This document shows positions 36,166-44,471 of a DNA stretch of 64,000 nucleotides, one piece after another. Source of the stretch: a bacterium. GTDB taxonomy: Bacteria; Patescibacteriota; Patescibacteriia; Patescibacteriales; UBA12465. Numbering within the stretch: the first letter of the stretch is position 1; each line of letters starts with the position of its first letter. The stretch covers positions 434,643 to 498,642 of the forward strand of contig DAOMZR010000001.1 in the NCBI GenBank assembly GCA_035400585.1, in the 5' to 3' direction. The position numbers and the translations under genes are program-made. The notes under the pieces were generated by a model. It saw only the letters and a list, made by a program, of their open reading frames with translations, was not told the origin of the DNA and searched no databases.

Positions 36166-36951
36166 TTATAAATTTTTATTTTTTATTACTTCGTCTAAAA
36201 ATTGCGAAAAAGATTCGAATGGTATTACCCCTTCATGAATTTTTTCGCCATTAATAAACCAGGAAGGCGTTCCTTGTATTTCCAAAAACTGCCCATCAAC
36301 AACTGCTTGAACAATAAAATTATAATATTTATCACTATTTAAACAATCAGAAAAAGACTTTAAATCAGAAATTCCAGCCACTCTGGCAACTGATGCTAAC
36401 TCGTCCAAAGTAAACTGCCCTTGAAGTTCAAAAAGCTTATAATACATTGGCCAATATTTTCCCTGGTCACCAGCGCATAAAGCGGCTGTGGCCAAATTAA
36501 CTGACTCATCGCTTAAAACAGCAAAATCTCTTATTATTATTTTAATTTTTTGACCATATTTAACTGATAAAGAAGCTATCGTTTCTGAAGCTTTTTTACA
36601 ATAAGGACAATTAAAATCAGAAAAAACAACAATGGTGATTTCAGCATCCGGGTTACCCAAATATGGTGTATCTTTTCCCTCAACTATAGCCAACCGCATT
36701 TCCTTTGTTTTTAGATCTTCTTGGTTTTGCTCTTCGGTTTGCGTAAAAATATCAGAAGATAAATAGGAGTCTCTAAATCCGGGAGTAGTAAAGACTTTAA
36801 TAACAAAAAACAACAAAGCCAAAGAATAAATAATGAAGAAATACAAAACAATCAACACCAAAACACCCCACCATTTTTTATACCAACGGCGATTAAATTT
36901 TTTAGACTGACCCTTGGCCCTTAAATACTCAATCTTCTCATCTAAATTCAT
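36166..36951 (-). CDS. Membrane-anchored DsbA-like thiol:disulfide oxidoreductase
   Basis: TM helix WWGVLVLIVLYFFIIYSLALLFFVI, CxxC in FSDFNCPYCKK, C-terminal GTPSWFINGE typical of the DsbA/thioredoxin-4 fold. Confidence 0.8.
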   Translation of the reverse strand: MNLDEKIEYLRAKGQSKKFNRRWYKKWWGVLVLIVLYFFIIYSLALLFFVIKVFTTPGFRDSYLSSDIFTQTEEQNQEDLKTKEMRLAIVEGKDTPYLGNPDAEITIVVFSDFNCPYCKKASETIASLSVKYGQKIKIIIRDFAVLSDESVNLATAALCAGDQGKYWPMYYKLFELQGQFTLDELASVARVAGISDLKSFSDCLNSDKYYNFIVQAVVDGQFLEIQGTPSWFINGEKIHEGVIPFESFSQFLDEVIKNKNL

Positions 36952-36985
36952 TGATTATTTATTAAATATAGTGTAAGATAATAGT

Positions 36986-37014
36986 ATAATATCACAAAAA
37001 ATAAGGCCTGTAAA
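36986..37014 (-). promoter_or_regulatory. Candidate promoter of the dsbA-like/porCD/leuS array
   Basis: Minus strand TTTACA-17-TATTAT with a TGn extended -10. Confidence 0.4.
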
Positions 37015-37033
37015 TTTTAAATGCTAAAAATAT

Positions 37034-37795
37034 ATGAAAATAATTTCATGGAATGTTAATGGCCTAAGAGCAGTCATTAAAAAAGGGTTTAATGACTTTT
37101 TAAAAAAAGAAAACCCGGATATTTTGACAATACAGGAGATAAAAATTTCTCAAGAAAAAAAAGATTTGGTTAAATTTGATTTTCCAAACTATGAAGAATT
37201 CTGGCATCCAGCCGAAAAACCAGGGTATAGCGGAACCTTAATTCTTTGCAAAAAAAATCTAGATATTATAAATAAAAAAAACGGCCTGGGAATAGAAAAA
37301 TTTGATAAAGAAGGAAGGCTGCAAACGATTGAAACTAAAAATTTTTATTTAATAAATACCTATTTTCCCAATTCAAATGATTTATTAAGTCGTTTGCCTT
37401 ACAAATTAGAATTTAATAATAAAGTTTTAGAATACTTAAAAAAATTAGAAGCTAAAAAACCAATTATAATTACAGGTGATTTCAATGTAGCCCATCAAGA
37501 AATCGATATTGCTAGACCAAAGGCCAATGAGGGCAAAGCTGGATTTACCGAAGAAGAAAGAGGCTGGATGGATAAATTTTTACAAAAAGATTTTGTTGAT
37601 TCTTTCAGATATTTAAATAAAGACAAAGTTCAATATTCCTGGTGGAGCTACCGAGCCGGAGCCAGATCAAAAAACGTTGGCTGGAGAATAGATTATTTTG
37701 TAGTTTCCAAAAAAATAATTAAAAAAATTAAAAAATCTTATATTCTAGACAAAGTTTTAGGATCTGATCACGCACCAATAGGATTAGAAATATAA
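37034..37795 (+). CDS. xth: Exodeoxyribonuclease III (AP endonuclease)
   Basis: MKIISWNVNGLRA, DILTIQE, GDFNVAH, SDHAPI motifs. Confidence 0.9.
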   Translation: MKIISWNVNGLRAVIKKGFNDFLKKENPDILTIQEIKISQEKKDLVKFDFPNYEEFWHPAEKPGYSGTLILCKKNLDIINKKNGLGIEKFDKEGRLQTIETKNFYLINTYFPNSNDLLSRLPYKLEFNNKVLEYLKKLEAKKPIIITGDFNVAHQEIDIARPKANEGKAGFTEEERGWMDKFLQKDFVDSFRYLNKDKVQYSWWSYRAGARSKNVGWRIDYFVVSKKIIKKIKKSYILDKVLGSDHAPIGLEI

Positions 37796-37799
37796 AAAT

Positions 37800-38966
37800 A
37801 TGAAAAAAAATAATAAAACAGAAAGTAAAAAACAAATTATTGAAGGATCTAGGGCAATTGCCTTAACTATTAAAAATATTAATCCTGATGTAGTATCAGC
37901 CTATCCTATAACACCTCAAACTCATATCGTAGAAGATTTGGCTAAAATCAAAGCTAACGGCGAGGGTCAATATGAATACGTTAGGGCCGAGAGTGAATTT
38001 GCGGCCGCCTCTATAGTTTTAGGAGCATCGGCTACCGGTTCTAGAGTTTATAGTGCTACCAGTTCTCAAGGACTATTGTTAATGACTGAAGTTATATATA
38101 ATATATCGGGCATGAGATTGCCAGTGGTAATGACTTTAGCTAACAGAGCCATTTCTGCACCAATAAATATTTGGAATGACCAGCAAGATGCTATGGCAAT
38201 TAAAGATGCTGGCTGGATAATGCTTTTTGCTGAAAACAATCAAGAAGCAATTGAACAGCATATTTTAGCCTATAAAATAGCTGAGAAAATAAAAATTCCA
38301 GTGATGGTTAATGTTGATGGGTTTATTCTTACTCACTGCTATGAAGAAGTAAAAATTTATGATCAAAAAACAATAAGTAAATTTTTACCAAAATACAAAC
38401 CAAAAACAGGAGAGTTTTTAGACACTAAAAATCCAGTAACCATGGGCGCTTTTATATCACCTCAGCATTATCAAAAAACCAGAGAAATTTTATATAATGA
38501 TTTTCAAAAAGCTTTAAAAGAAATAGACACAGAATATTTCTTAATGAATAAAATATTAGGAAACGAAGTAAAAGATAAAAAAAATAATAATGCCTGGTTT
38601 GAATATTACGGACCTGCAAAAGCCAAAACAATCATAATCGCTATGGGCTCAATCGTGGGCACAATTAAATCATTTATTCAAAAAGAAAAAAATAAAGATT
38701 TGGCTGTTTTAAAAATAAAAACTTATCGCCCTTTTCCTTTTGAAGAAATTAATAAAGTAATAAAAAATGCTAAAAACATAGCTGTTTTAGAAAAGGCTGT
38801 AAATTTTGGGACTTTTGGTTCACTTTATTTAGACATAAATATGTCTGCTAATAAACAAATAATTAAAAATTTCATTGGTGGACTGGGCGGAAAAGATATC
38901 GGAGAAAAAGATATTGCTAAAATTGTTAAAAATTTTAATAAACATAAAAAATTAACTTTTATTTAA
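37800..38966 (+). CDS. porA: Pyruvate/2-oxoacid:ferredoxin oxidoreductase alpha subunit
   Basis: IEGSRAIALTIKNINPDVVSAYPITPQTHIVE, the typical alpha-subunit N-terminus. Confidence 0.85.
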   Translation: MKKNNKTESKKQIIEGSRAIALTIKNINPDVVSAYPITPQTHIVEDLAKIKANGEGQYEYVRAESEFAAASIVLGASATGSRVYSATSSQGLLLMTEVIYNISGMRLPVVMTLANRAISAPINIWNDQQDAMAIKDAGWIMLFAENNQEAIEQHILAYKIAEKIKIPVMVNVDGFILTHCYEEVKIYDQKTISKFLPKYKPKTGEFLDTKNPVTMGAFISPQHYQKTREILYNDFQKALKEIDTEYFLMNKILGNEVKDKKNNNAWFEYYGPAKAKTIIIAMGSIVGTIKSFIQKEKNKDLAVLKIKTYRPFPFEEINKVIKNAKNIAVLEKAVNFGTFGSLYLDINMSANKQIIKNFIGGLGGKDIGEKDIAKIVKNFNKHKKLTFI

Positions 38967-38978
38967 AAACATAAAAAT

Positions 38979-39116
38979 ATGTTAGATTATATTAAAAAAA
39001 TCTTAAAACGCGGACACGAGCATAGAATAACCGGTTGGCCATACTTTTTTGTAATGATGTTTTTTTTGATTTTTATGATGCAACTTATAATGTTGATTAT
39101 TTTATTAAAACAATAA
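38979..39116 (+). CDS. Candidate 45-aa single-TM small protein (below the ORF-track cutoff)
   Basis: My translation: MLDYIKKILKRGHEHRITGWPYFFVMMFFLIFMMQLIMLIILLKQ*. It fills the porA-to-pilin-like gap and ends 4 nt before the ATG at 39121. Confidence 0.3.
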   Translation: MLDYIKKILKRGHEHRITGWPYFFVMMFFLIFMMQLIMLIILLKQ

Positions 39117-39120
39117 ATTT

Positions 39121-40290
39121 ATGAAAAAAAATTTCACTAGAATCGTTTTTTTTCTTCTCGCTTTAAATATTTTTCTTTTTCCAAAAATAGCTTTAATGAG
39201 TGAAGAAACCCTAAAAACAAAACCAGTTAATTTTACTCCCCAAGTAACCATTCCTGGATCTGAGTTCATAAAAGGAACCCAATACACAATAGAAGACTCA
39301 ACCACTACTATTTCAAAATATGTAAAAGCTGTTTACGATTACTTACTTTCTATAGTGGGAATAACTGCTGCTATAGTTTTGATGGTCGGTGGTATTATGT
39401 GGCTGACCGCTGGTGGCAGTAGCGAAAAAGTAAGTCAAGCTAAAAGTTGGATTAGCGGAAGCTTAACTGGCATGGTTCTAGCTCTAACCTCTTATTTAAT
39501 ATTACAAACAATAAATCCTCAACTGGTTAGCTTCACGCCAACCGAAGTTCCACAAATAAAGCCATTGGTTAACGGCTGTTGTGAGTACAATACTGTCGCT
39601 GGCTCTAATTCAACCGTTGCTGAAGATATAACTGATATTGACTGTTATAATATTTACACAACCAAGGCTATTCCTAAACTACAAGAAATAACCAATGAAC
39701 AATTAAAGGATGGCTACCAAGGAAATATTTCTGATTATTTGGGACCTGAAAGATTTGATAAAGACAAAAGAGCCAACTATTCCAAGGGGATATGTGAAAC
39801 TATTGTATACTGTGAAATTTATTCTCAAAGGGTTTCTAACAAAACCTTACAACAAAGACAGGAGGCGACAGTTATTGCTCAAATGTCTAAAGAAATGTGT
39901 GGTGAATTTGGTAAAAACGGCTTAAAAGCTGGTTTTTATGAAAAAGATGAGTTTTGGTTAGAAAAAAATGCTTTGCCTCAGCAAGTTTATAAAAAAACTT
40001 GTGAAAACAGAGAGGGCTCATCTTGTAATAATTCAGATTATATTTATTGTTATTGTTATGGAGGAAAAGCTTATATTAATGTTGGCAAAAAAAATGAACC
40101 CTGTGGAAATGACGGAGGAAAATGCGTACCGAACGTAAGTTTAAAAGAAGAATACAGAACACCGGAACAAAATGATATGTGCGAAAACAAAGATCATGGT
40201 TCAAGAGACTGCGGAAGTGGATTAATTTGTTGTGAACCAAGCGGAATATGGGGTGGCTATAATCCAGGAAATAATTATGATAGCTGGTAA
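39121..40290 (+). CDS. T4SS-pilin-like (TrbC/VirB2-like) N-terminal domain fused to a Cys-rich C-terminal domain
   Basis: Signal/TM, then VGITAAIVLMVGGIMWLTAGGSSEKVSQAKSWISGSLTGMVLALTSYLILQTINPQLV. This is two hydrophobic helices flanking an AGG..EKV..AK loop, as in T4SS pilins common in CPR. The C-terminal ~245 aa holds 16 Cys. Confidence 0.6.
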   Translation: MKKNFTRIVFFLLALNIFLFPKIALMSEETLKTKPVNFTPQVTIPGSEFIKGTQYTIEDSTTTISKYVKAVYDYLLSIVGITAAIVLMVGGIMWLTAGGSSEKVSQAKSWISGSLTGMVLALTSYLILQTINPQLVSFTPTEVPQIKPLVNGCCEYNTVAGSNSTVAEDITDIDCYNIYTTKAIPKLQEITNEQLKDGYQGNISDYLGPERFDKDKRANYSKGICETIVYCEIYSQRVSNKTLQQRQEATVIAQMSKEMCGEFGKNGLKAGFYEKDEFWLEKNALPQQVYKKTCENREGSSCNNSDYIYCYCYGGKAYINVGKKNEPCGNDGGKCVPNVSLKEEYRTPEQNDMCENKDHGSRDCGSGLICCEPSGIWGGYNPGNNYDSW

Positions 40291-40316
40291 TAGTATGGTA
40301 ATTTGATATAAAAAAT

Positions 40317-41165
40317 ATGAAAAAAAATGAAATAAAAAAAATATCTTCCGGCCATAATGCTTGTGCTGGTTGCGGACAACTTTCAGCTGTTCAATCAGTT
40401 ATGCGAGCCCTAGACAAAGATACAATTATTGCTAATGCCACTGGATGCTTAGAAGTAACCACCACTCCCTATCCACAAAGCGCCTGGGGATTGCCGTGGA
40501 TACATTCCCTTTTTGAAAACCCAGCAGCAGTAGCCACCGGAATATTAGCCGCTTTAAAAAAACAAAAAAAAGAAAAAACAAAGGTCGTGGTTATGGCTGG
40601 TGATGGCGGAACCTTTGATATTGGAATGGGGGTTATTAGTGGCATGTGGGAAAGAAAAGAAAATATATTATATATCTGCTATGATACAGAATCTTATTCT
40701 AACACTGGCTTTCAAGCCTCGGGGGCCACTCCCTATGGGGCTTCAACCAGCACATCTCCTCGTGGTAACAAAGAAAAATGTCAAACACAAAAAAGCTGTG
40801 AACTAGTCAATGAAATTGGAAATTGTTTGCACAAAAAAGATATGGTAAAAATAGCTTTGGCTCACGACATTCCTTATGTCGCCCAAACAACCGCTGGCTA
40901 TCCAGATGATATTTACAATAAAGTAAAAAAGGCTCTAGAAATTAATGGTCCAGCCTATATTCAAATTCTATCTCCCTGTATTCCTGGTTGGGGTATAAAA
41001 ACAGATGAGGCAGTTGAGATTGGACGATTGGCCAATCAAAGTAACTTTTATCCTTTACTTGAATATATTAATGGTAAATTAGTTTCTGGTGGATTTAACT
41101 CCGTAGAAAGCTCTGAAAAGTATAAGGAAGAATATATAAAGAAACAAGGAAGATTTAAAAAATAA
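40317..41165 (+). CDS. porB: Pyruvate/2-oxoacid:ferredoxin oxidoreductase beta subunit (TPP-binding)
   Basis: GHNACAGCG motif, GDGGTFDIG TPP-binding loop. Confidence 0.85.
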   Translation: MKKNEIKKISSGHNACAGCGQLSAVQSVMRALDKDTIIANATGCLEVTTTPYPQSAWGLPWIHSLFENPAAVATGILAALKKQKKEKTKVVVMAGDGGTFDIGMGVISGMWERKENILYICYDTESYSNTGFQASGATPYGASTSTSPRGNKEKCQTQKSCELVNEIGNCLHKKDMVKIALAHDIPYVAQTTAGYPDDIYNKVKKALEINGPAYIQILSPCIPGWGIKTDEAVEIGRLANQSNFYPLLEYINGKLVSGGFNSVESSEKYKEEYIKKQGRFKK

Positions 41166-41214
41166 AAAATTTAAAAAATATAAACGTAAAAGTATTAAGT
41201 CAGTTTTGGCTATA

Positions 41215-41243
41215 TTGACAAAATATTTCAAATATGCTATCAT
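41215..41243 (+). promoter_or_regulatory. Promoter of lipoprotein gene 41315-41860
   Basis: TTGACA-17-TATCAT. Confidence 0.5.
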
Positions 41244-41314
41244 AAAACATGTTGCTTTTAATAACGCACTTTTAAAATTGAATTATAAACAAAACAAAAA
41301 TAGGAGGAAATGCC

Positions 41315-41860
41315 ATGAAAACTATTAGTATTAAGACCATCGGTTTTTTATTTTTTCTATCTTTTTTTTCTTTCCTGTCTTGCTCTGAAAGTCAGGATGA
41401 AGTTTTGACTTTGATTCCTGAAAGAGAAAAAATAGTTATTGAAGCCTTGCCCGCCGGATATCAAACAATTTCACAGGCAAAGGATATTTTCCCTCGTGTT
41501 GGCTCTGATATTAAATATCGCCACATAGACAATGAACAAATTGCGACAATAGAAACGGTGGTAAATATTTATGAATCAAAACAAAGCGCTGCAACCTTTT
41601 CACAAGCGTTTAGTTCGTTAAACGAAGATTTAAACAAACTTTGTCTGACACAGAGCCAAATCGTAAACTTTTGTCGAAAAAAATCACAACATCTTTGCGA
41701 GGGTGGACCAACATTTTTTCTTATAAAAGAAAATAATGAGTTTTTTGTTATAGACGTTTATTCGTTTGCTAATGGCTTAAAAGTTGGTGCGGAATCTTTT
41801 GATAGTAAATATGCTTTGTTAGATTTATCTAATTATCGCATAATTGTTCCAGAAATTTAA
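41315..41860 (+). CDS. Putative lipoprotein (181 aa), hypothetical
   Basis: Signal peptide with lipobox-like FLSC. Strong SD AGGAGG (41302-41307). Own promoter (41215-41243) and terminator (41880-41923). Confidence 0.6.
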   Translation: MKTISIKTIGFLFFLSFFSFLSCSESQDEVLTLIPEREKIVIEALPAGYQTISQAKDIFPRVGSDIKYRHIDNEQIATIETVVNIYESKQSAATFSQAFSSLNEDLNKLCLTQSQIVNFCRKKSQHLCEGGPTFFLIKENNEFFVIDVYSFANGLKVGAESFDSKYALLDLSNYRIIVPEI

Positions 41861-41872
41861 ACAACTATTTTC

Positions 41873-41927
41873 AAAGTTTAATCCCTTGAACTTAGAACTT
41901 CGGTTCTTAGAAATCAAGGGATTTTTT
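41873..41927 (+). repeat. Terminator-hairpin repeat, copy B (terminates ORF 41315-41860)
   Basis: AAAGTTTAATCCCTTGAACTTAGAAC-TTCG-GTTCTTAGAAATCAAGGGATTTTTT. Confidence 0.7.
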
Positions 41928-41955
41928 ATTTCAATCAATAAAAAATACAACCATA

Positions 41956-41980
41956 AAAGCGTCAATTAAATTAACGCTTT
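41956..41980. terminator. Candidate terminator downstream of rnhA
   Basis: AAAGCGT...ACGCTTT 7-bp stem with an 11-nt loop and T-runs on both strands. Confidence 0.35.
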
Positions 41981-42034
41981 TAAAATTTTAGTGAGATTTT
42001 AATAGAATATAAAAAAGATTCTAAACTGAAATCA

Positions 42035-42442
42035 TCAAGACATTTTATCCATAGCTAAATTAGCCAGACGATCGGCTTCAGAATTTTTTTCTCTCGGCAC
42101 ATGAACAAATTCAATATTAGTAAAAGACTGAGAAAGATTATAAACCTCTAAAAACAATGGGGCTAAATCTTTATGTTTAACTCTATATTCTCGATTTAAT
42201 TGTTTCACAACCAATTCACTATCCAAAAAACATTTCACTTCTTTGGCTTCTAACTCTTTGGCTTTTTTTAATCCCGCTATCAAAGCTTTATATTCGGCTT
42301 GATTGTTGGTCGTTTCTCCTAAATACTTAGAAATTTCGGCTAACTTATTTTTTTTCTCGTCATACAAAACAGCTCCAATACCAGCCGGTCCGGGATTACC
42401 ACGAGCGCCACCATCAGAAAAAATTATTATATTTTTATTCAT
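42035..42442 (-). CDS. rnhA: Ribonuclease HI
   Basis: FSDGGARGNPGPAGIGAVL, NNQAEYKALIAGL, NSEADRLAN: the catalytic D-E-D-D pattern. Confidence 0.85.
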   Translation of the reverse strand: MNKNIIIFSDGGARGNPGPAGIGAVLYDEKKNKLAEISKYLGETTNNQAEYKALIAGLKKAKELEAKEVKCFLDSELVVKQLNREYRVKHKDLAPLFLEVYNLSQSFTNIEFVHVPREKNSEADRLANLAMDKMS

Positions 42443-42517
42443 AAAATTATATAAAACTTGTTACATTATCAAGACGACCAACAACAAATAAAAACCGCAA
42501 AAATAAAAGTTAAATAT

Positions 42518-44272
42518 TTATTTTTTAATATCAACTATTTTCAATTGAATATCTCGATTACCATTAAAATTATTAAATTCTAAATTATAGACAACACTTA
42601 CTCGATCCCCAACACTTAGTTCGGAATATTTTTTAGTTCCGCCAAAAGATATGCCCCAAAAATTTTTCAAGCTATTTTTTTTATCATCTAAAAATCTAAA
42701 CTTAATATGTTGACCTTCATTTCCCATTTTAACAACGTCAATGATTTTAACATCAAAAGAGGCCATCTTAGGTGCCGGATTAGATTGACCAAAAGGAGCC
42801 ATTTCTTCTAATCCTTCAATGAGCAAATCATTTATATCTTCAAAATCTAACTCTAAATCTATTTTTATTTTAGGTGTTAAAGTTTTTTCATCCAAAATTT
42901 TATCAGCTCTTTCTCTTAATCTATCAACAAAAAGAAGCATGTTGTGATCGCCGACGATAGAAAAGCCGCCAGCCATTGGATGGCCACCATATTTATATAA
43001 AATATCTTTGTTCTCCTCCAAGGCTTCAACTAAATTAAATCCTTCTATGCTTCGACCGCTACCTTTATAAATTTCTTTTTTTTGTCCATATTCATCTTCA
43101 AAAACCTCACTAGTTTTAGCTATAACCACTGATGGACGATAATATTTTTCTGATAATTTTCCAGCTACCAAACCTATAACTCCTTCATTCCAAGCGTCCT
43201 CTTTAGAGTTTTTAACAATAATAATTTTTTCTATATTTTCTGGATTTATCTGACTTTCAGCTGAAGACATTAACTCTTCTGTAACCTTTTGTCTTTCCGA
43301 ATTTCTATTATTTAATTCTTCGGCCAGATCTTTAGCTTCTTGTTCATCTTTAACTATTAGTAAATTTAAAGCTGAATTGGCATGTTTAATTCTGCTGGCA
43401 GCATTAAGTCTTGGGCCAAGCTGAAAACCAATATTATAAGAATTTAAATTGCCGCTTAAGCCAGAAATTTTAATCAATTCTTGCAAGCCAAATCTTTTTG
43501 TTTCGTTAAGAGCTTCCAATCCTTTTTTAACCATTAATCTGTTTTCACCTAGCAAAGGAACCATATCGGCCACAGTACCTAGGGCAACTAAGTCCAAACT
43601 TTTACAAATCAATCTTTCCTTATCTTTATCTTCCAGTTTTGATTTTTTAATAAGAGCTGAGGCTAGTTTAAAAGCTACCCCAACTCCAGCCAAATATCTA
43701 AAAGGATAAGACGATTTTTCATCGGCCGGATTAATTGTCAAACAGTTAGGTAAGTCTTCTCTTTTTTCTGGAAGTGTATGATGATCAGTAACAATAACAT
43801 CCAAACCCAAACTTATTGCATAATCAACCTCCTCTTTATTTCTAATACCATTATCAACTGTGATAATTAATTTAAAATCTTCTTTTTTTATTTCTTCGAT
43901 AGCTGTTTTGTTCAAACCATAACCTTCGCTAACCCTATCTGGCAAATAAAAATCAACTTTAGCTTTAAAAACGGAAAAAACATCATAAAGCAAAGCGGCC
44001 GAAGTAACACCATCGGCATCATAGTCGCCATAAATCATGATTTTGTTGCCAAGCTTGATATGAGAAATTATTAAATCAATAGCCTTTTCCATGTCATCAA
44101 AAAGAAAGGGATCAAAAAAATCTAAATTAACCAAATCAAAAAACCAAGCAAAATCATCTTTGGTTTTAAGACCGCGATTATAGAGAAGCTGTAAGATAAA
44201 TTGATTTTTGTCAGAGTTTTCTTCTAAAATTTTTTCTGGAAACTTAGGATAAAATTGCCATATTTTTTCCAT
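42518..44272 (-). CDS. recJ: Single-stranded-DNA-specific exonuclease RecJ
   Basis: DHH-family motifs GDYDADGVTS, VDNG, VTDHH, GGHPMAGG. Confidence 0.9.
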   Translation of the reverse strand: MEKIWQFYPKFPEKILEENSDKNQFILQLLYNRGLKTKDDFAWFFDLVNLDFFDPFLFDDMEKAIDLIISHIKLGNKIMIYGDYDADGVTSAALLYDVFSVFKAKVDFYLPDRVSEGYGLNKTAIEEIKKEDFKLIITVDNGIRNKEEVDYAISLGLDVIVTDHHTLPEKREDLPNCLTINPADEKSSYPFRYLAGVGVAFKLASALIKKSKLEDKDKERLICKSLDLVALGTVADMVPLLGENRLMVKKGLEALNETKRFGLQELIKISGLSGNLNSYNIGFQLGPRLNAASRIKHANSALNLLIVKDEQEAKDLAEELNNRNSERQKVTEELMSSAESQINPENIEKIIIVKNSKEDAWNEGVIGLVAGKLSEKYYRPSVVIAKTSEVFEDEYGQKKEIYKGSGRSIEGFNLVEALEENKDILYKYGGHPMAGGFSIVGDHNMLLFVDRLRERADKILDEKTLTPKIKIDLELDFEDINDLLIEGLEEMAPFGQSNPAPKMASFDVKIIDVVKMGNEGQHIKFRFLDDKKNSLKNFWGISFGGTKKYSELSVGDRVSVVYNLEFNNFNGNRDIQLKIVDIKK

Positions 44273-44353
44273 AATGAGATTATTTTATTATTAAAAACCC
44301 ATTATCAAATAATTTAATAACAGAATCTAACAACAAGAAATCTTTTAGTTGGT

Positions 44354-44461
44354 TTAAAAAAGAGAAAAAGACATTGTCCAGGCAATTGTCGAAAAAATAA
44401 TAATAGCTGACAAAACTGCCCAAATTATTCTAATTATTTTTTCTTTTCTTTTTTTGCGCAT
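44354..44461 (-). CDS. Candidate 35-aa tail-anchored small membrane protein (below the ORF-track cutoff)
   Basis: My translation: MRKKRKEKIIRIIWAVLSAIIIFSTIAWTMSFSLF*. Basic N-terminus plus one TM, between lepA and recJ on the same strand. Confidence 0.35.
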   Translation of the reverse strand: MRKKRKEKIIRIIWAVLSAIIIFSTIAWTMSFSLF

Positions 44462-44471
44462 ATTTTAAAAT

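Noticed and set aside
39710-40806. Plus-strand ORFs 39710-39925 and 40600-40806
   Set aside because: They are alternative frames nested inside the pilin-like gene and porB respectively. Both host genes have clear motifs in their own frame.
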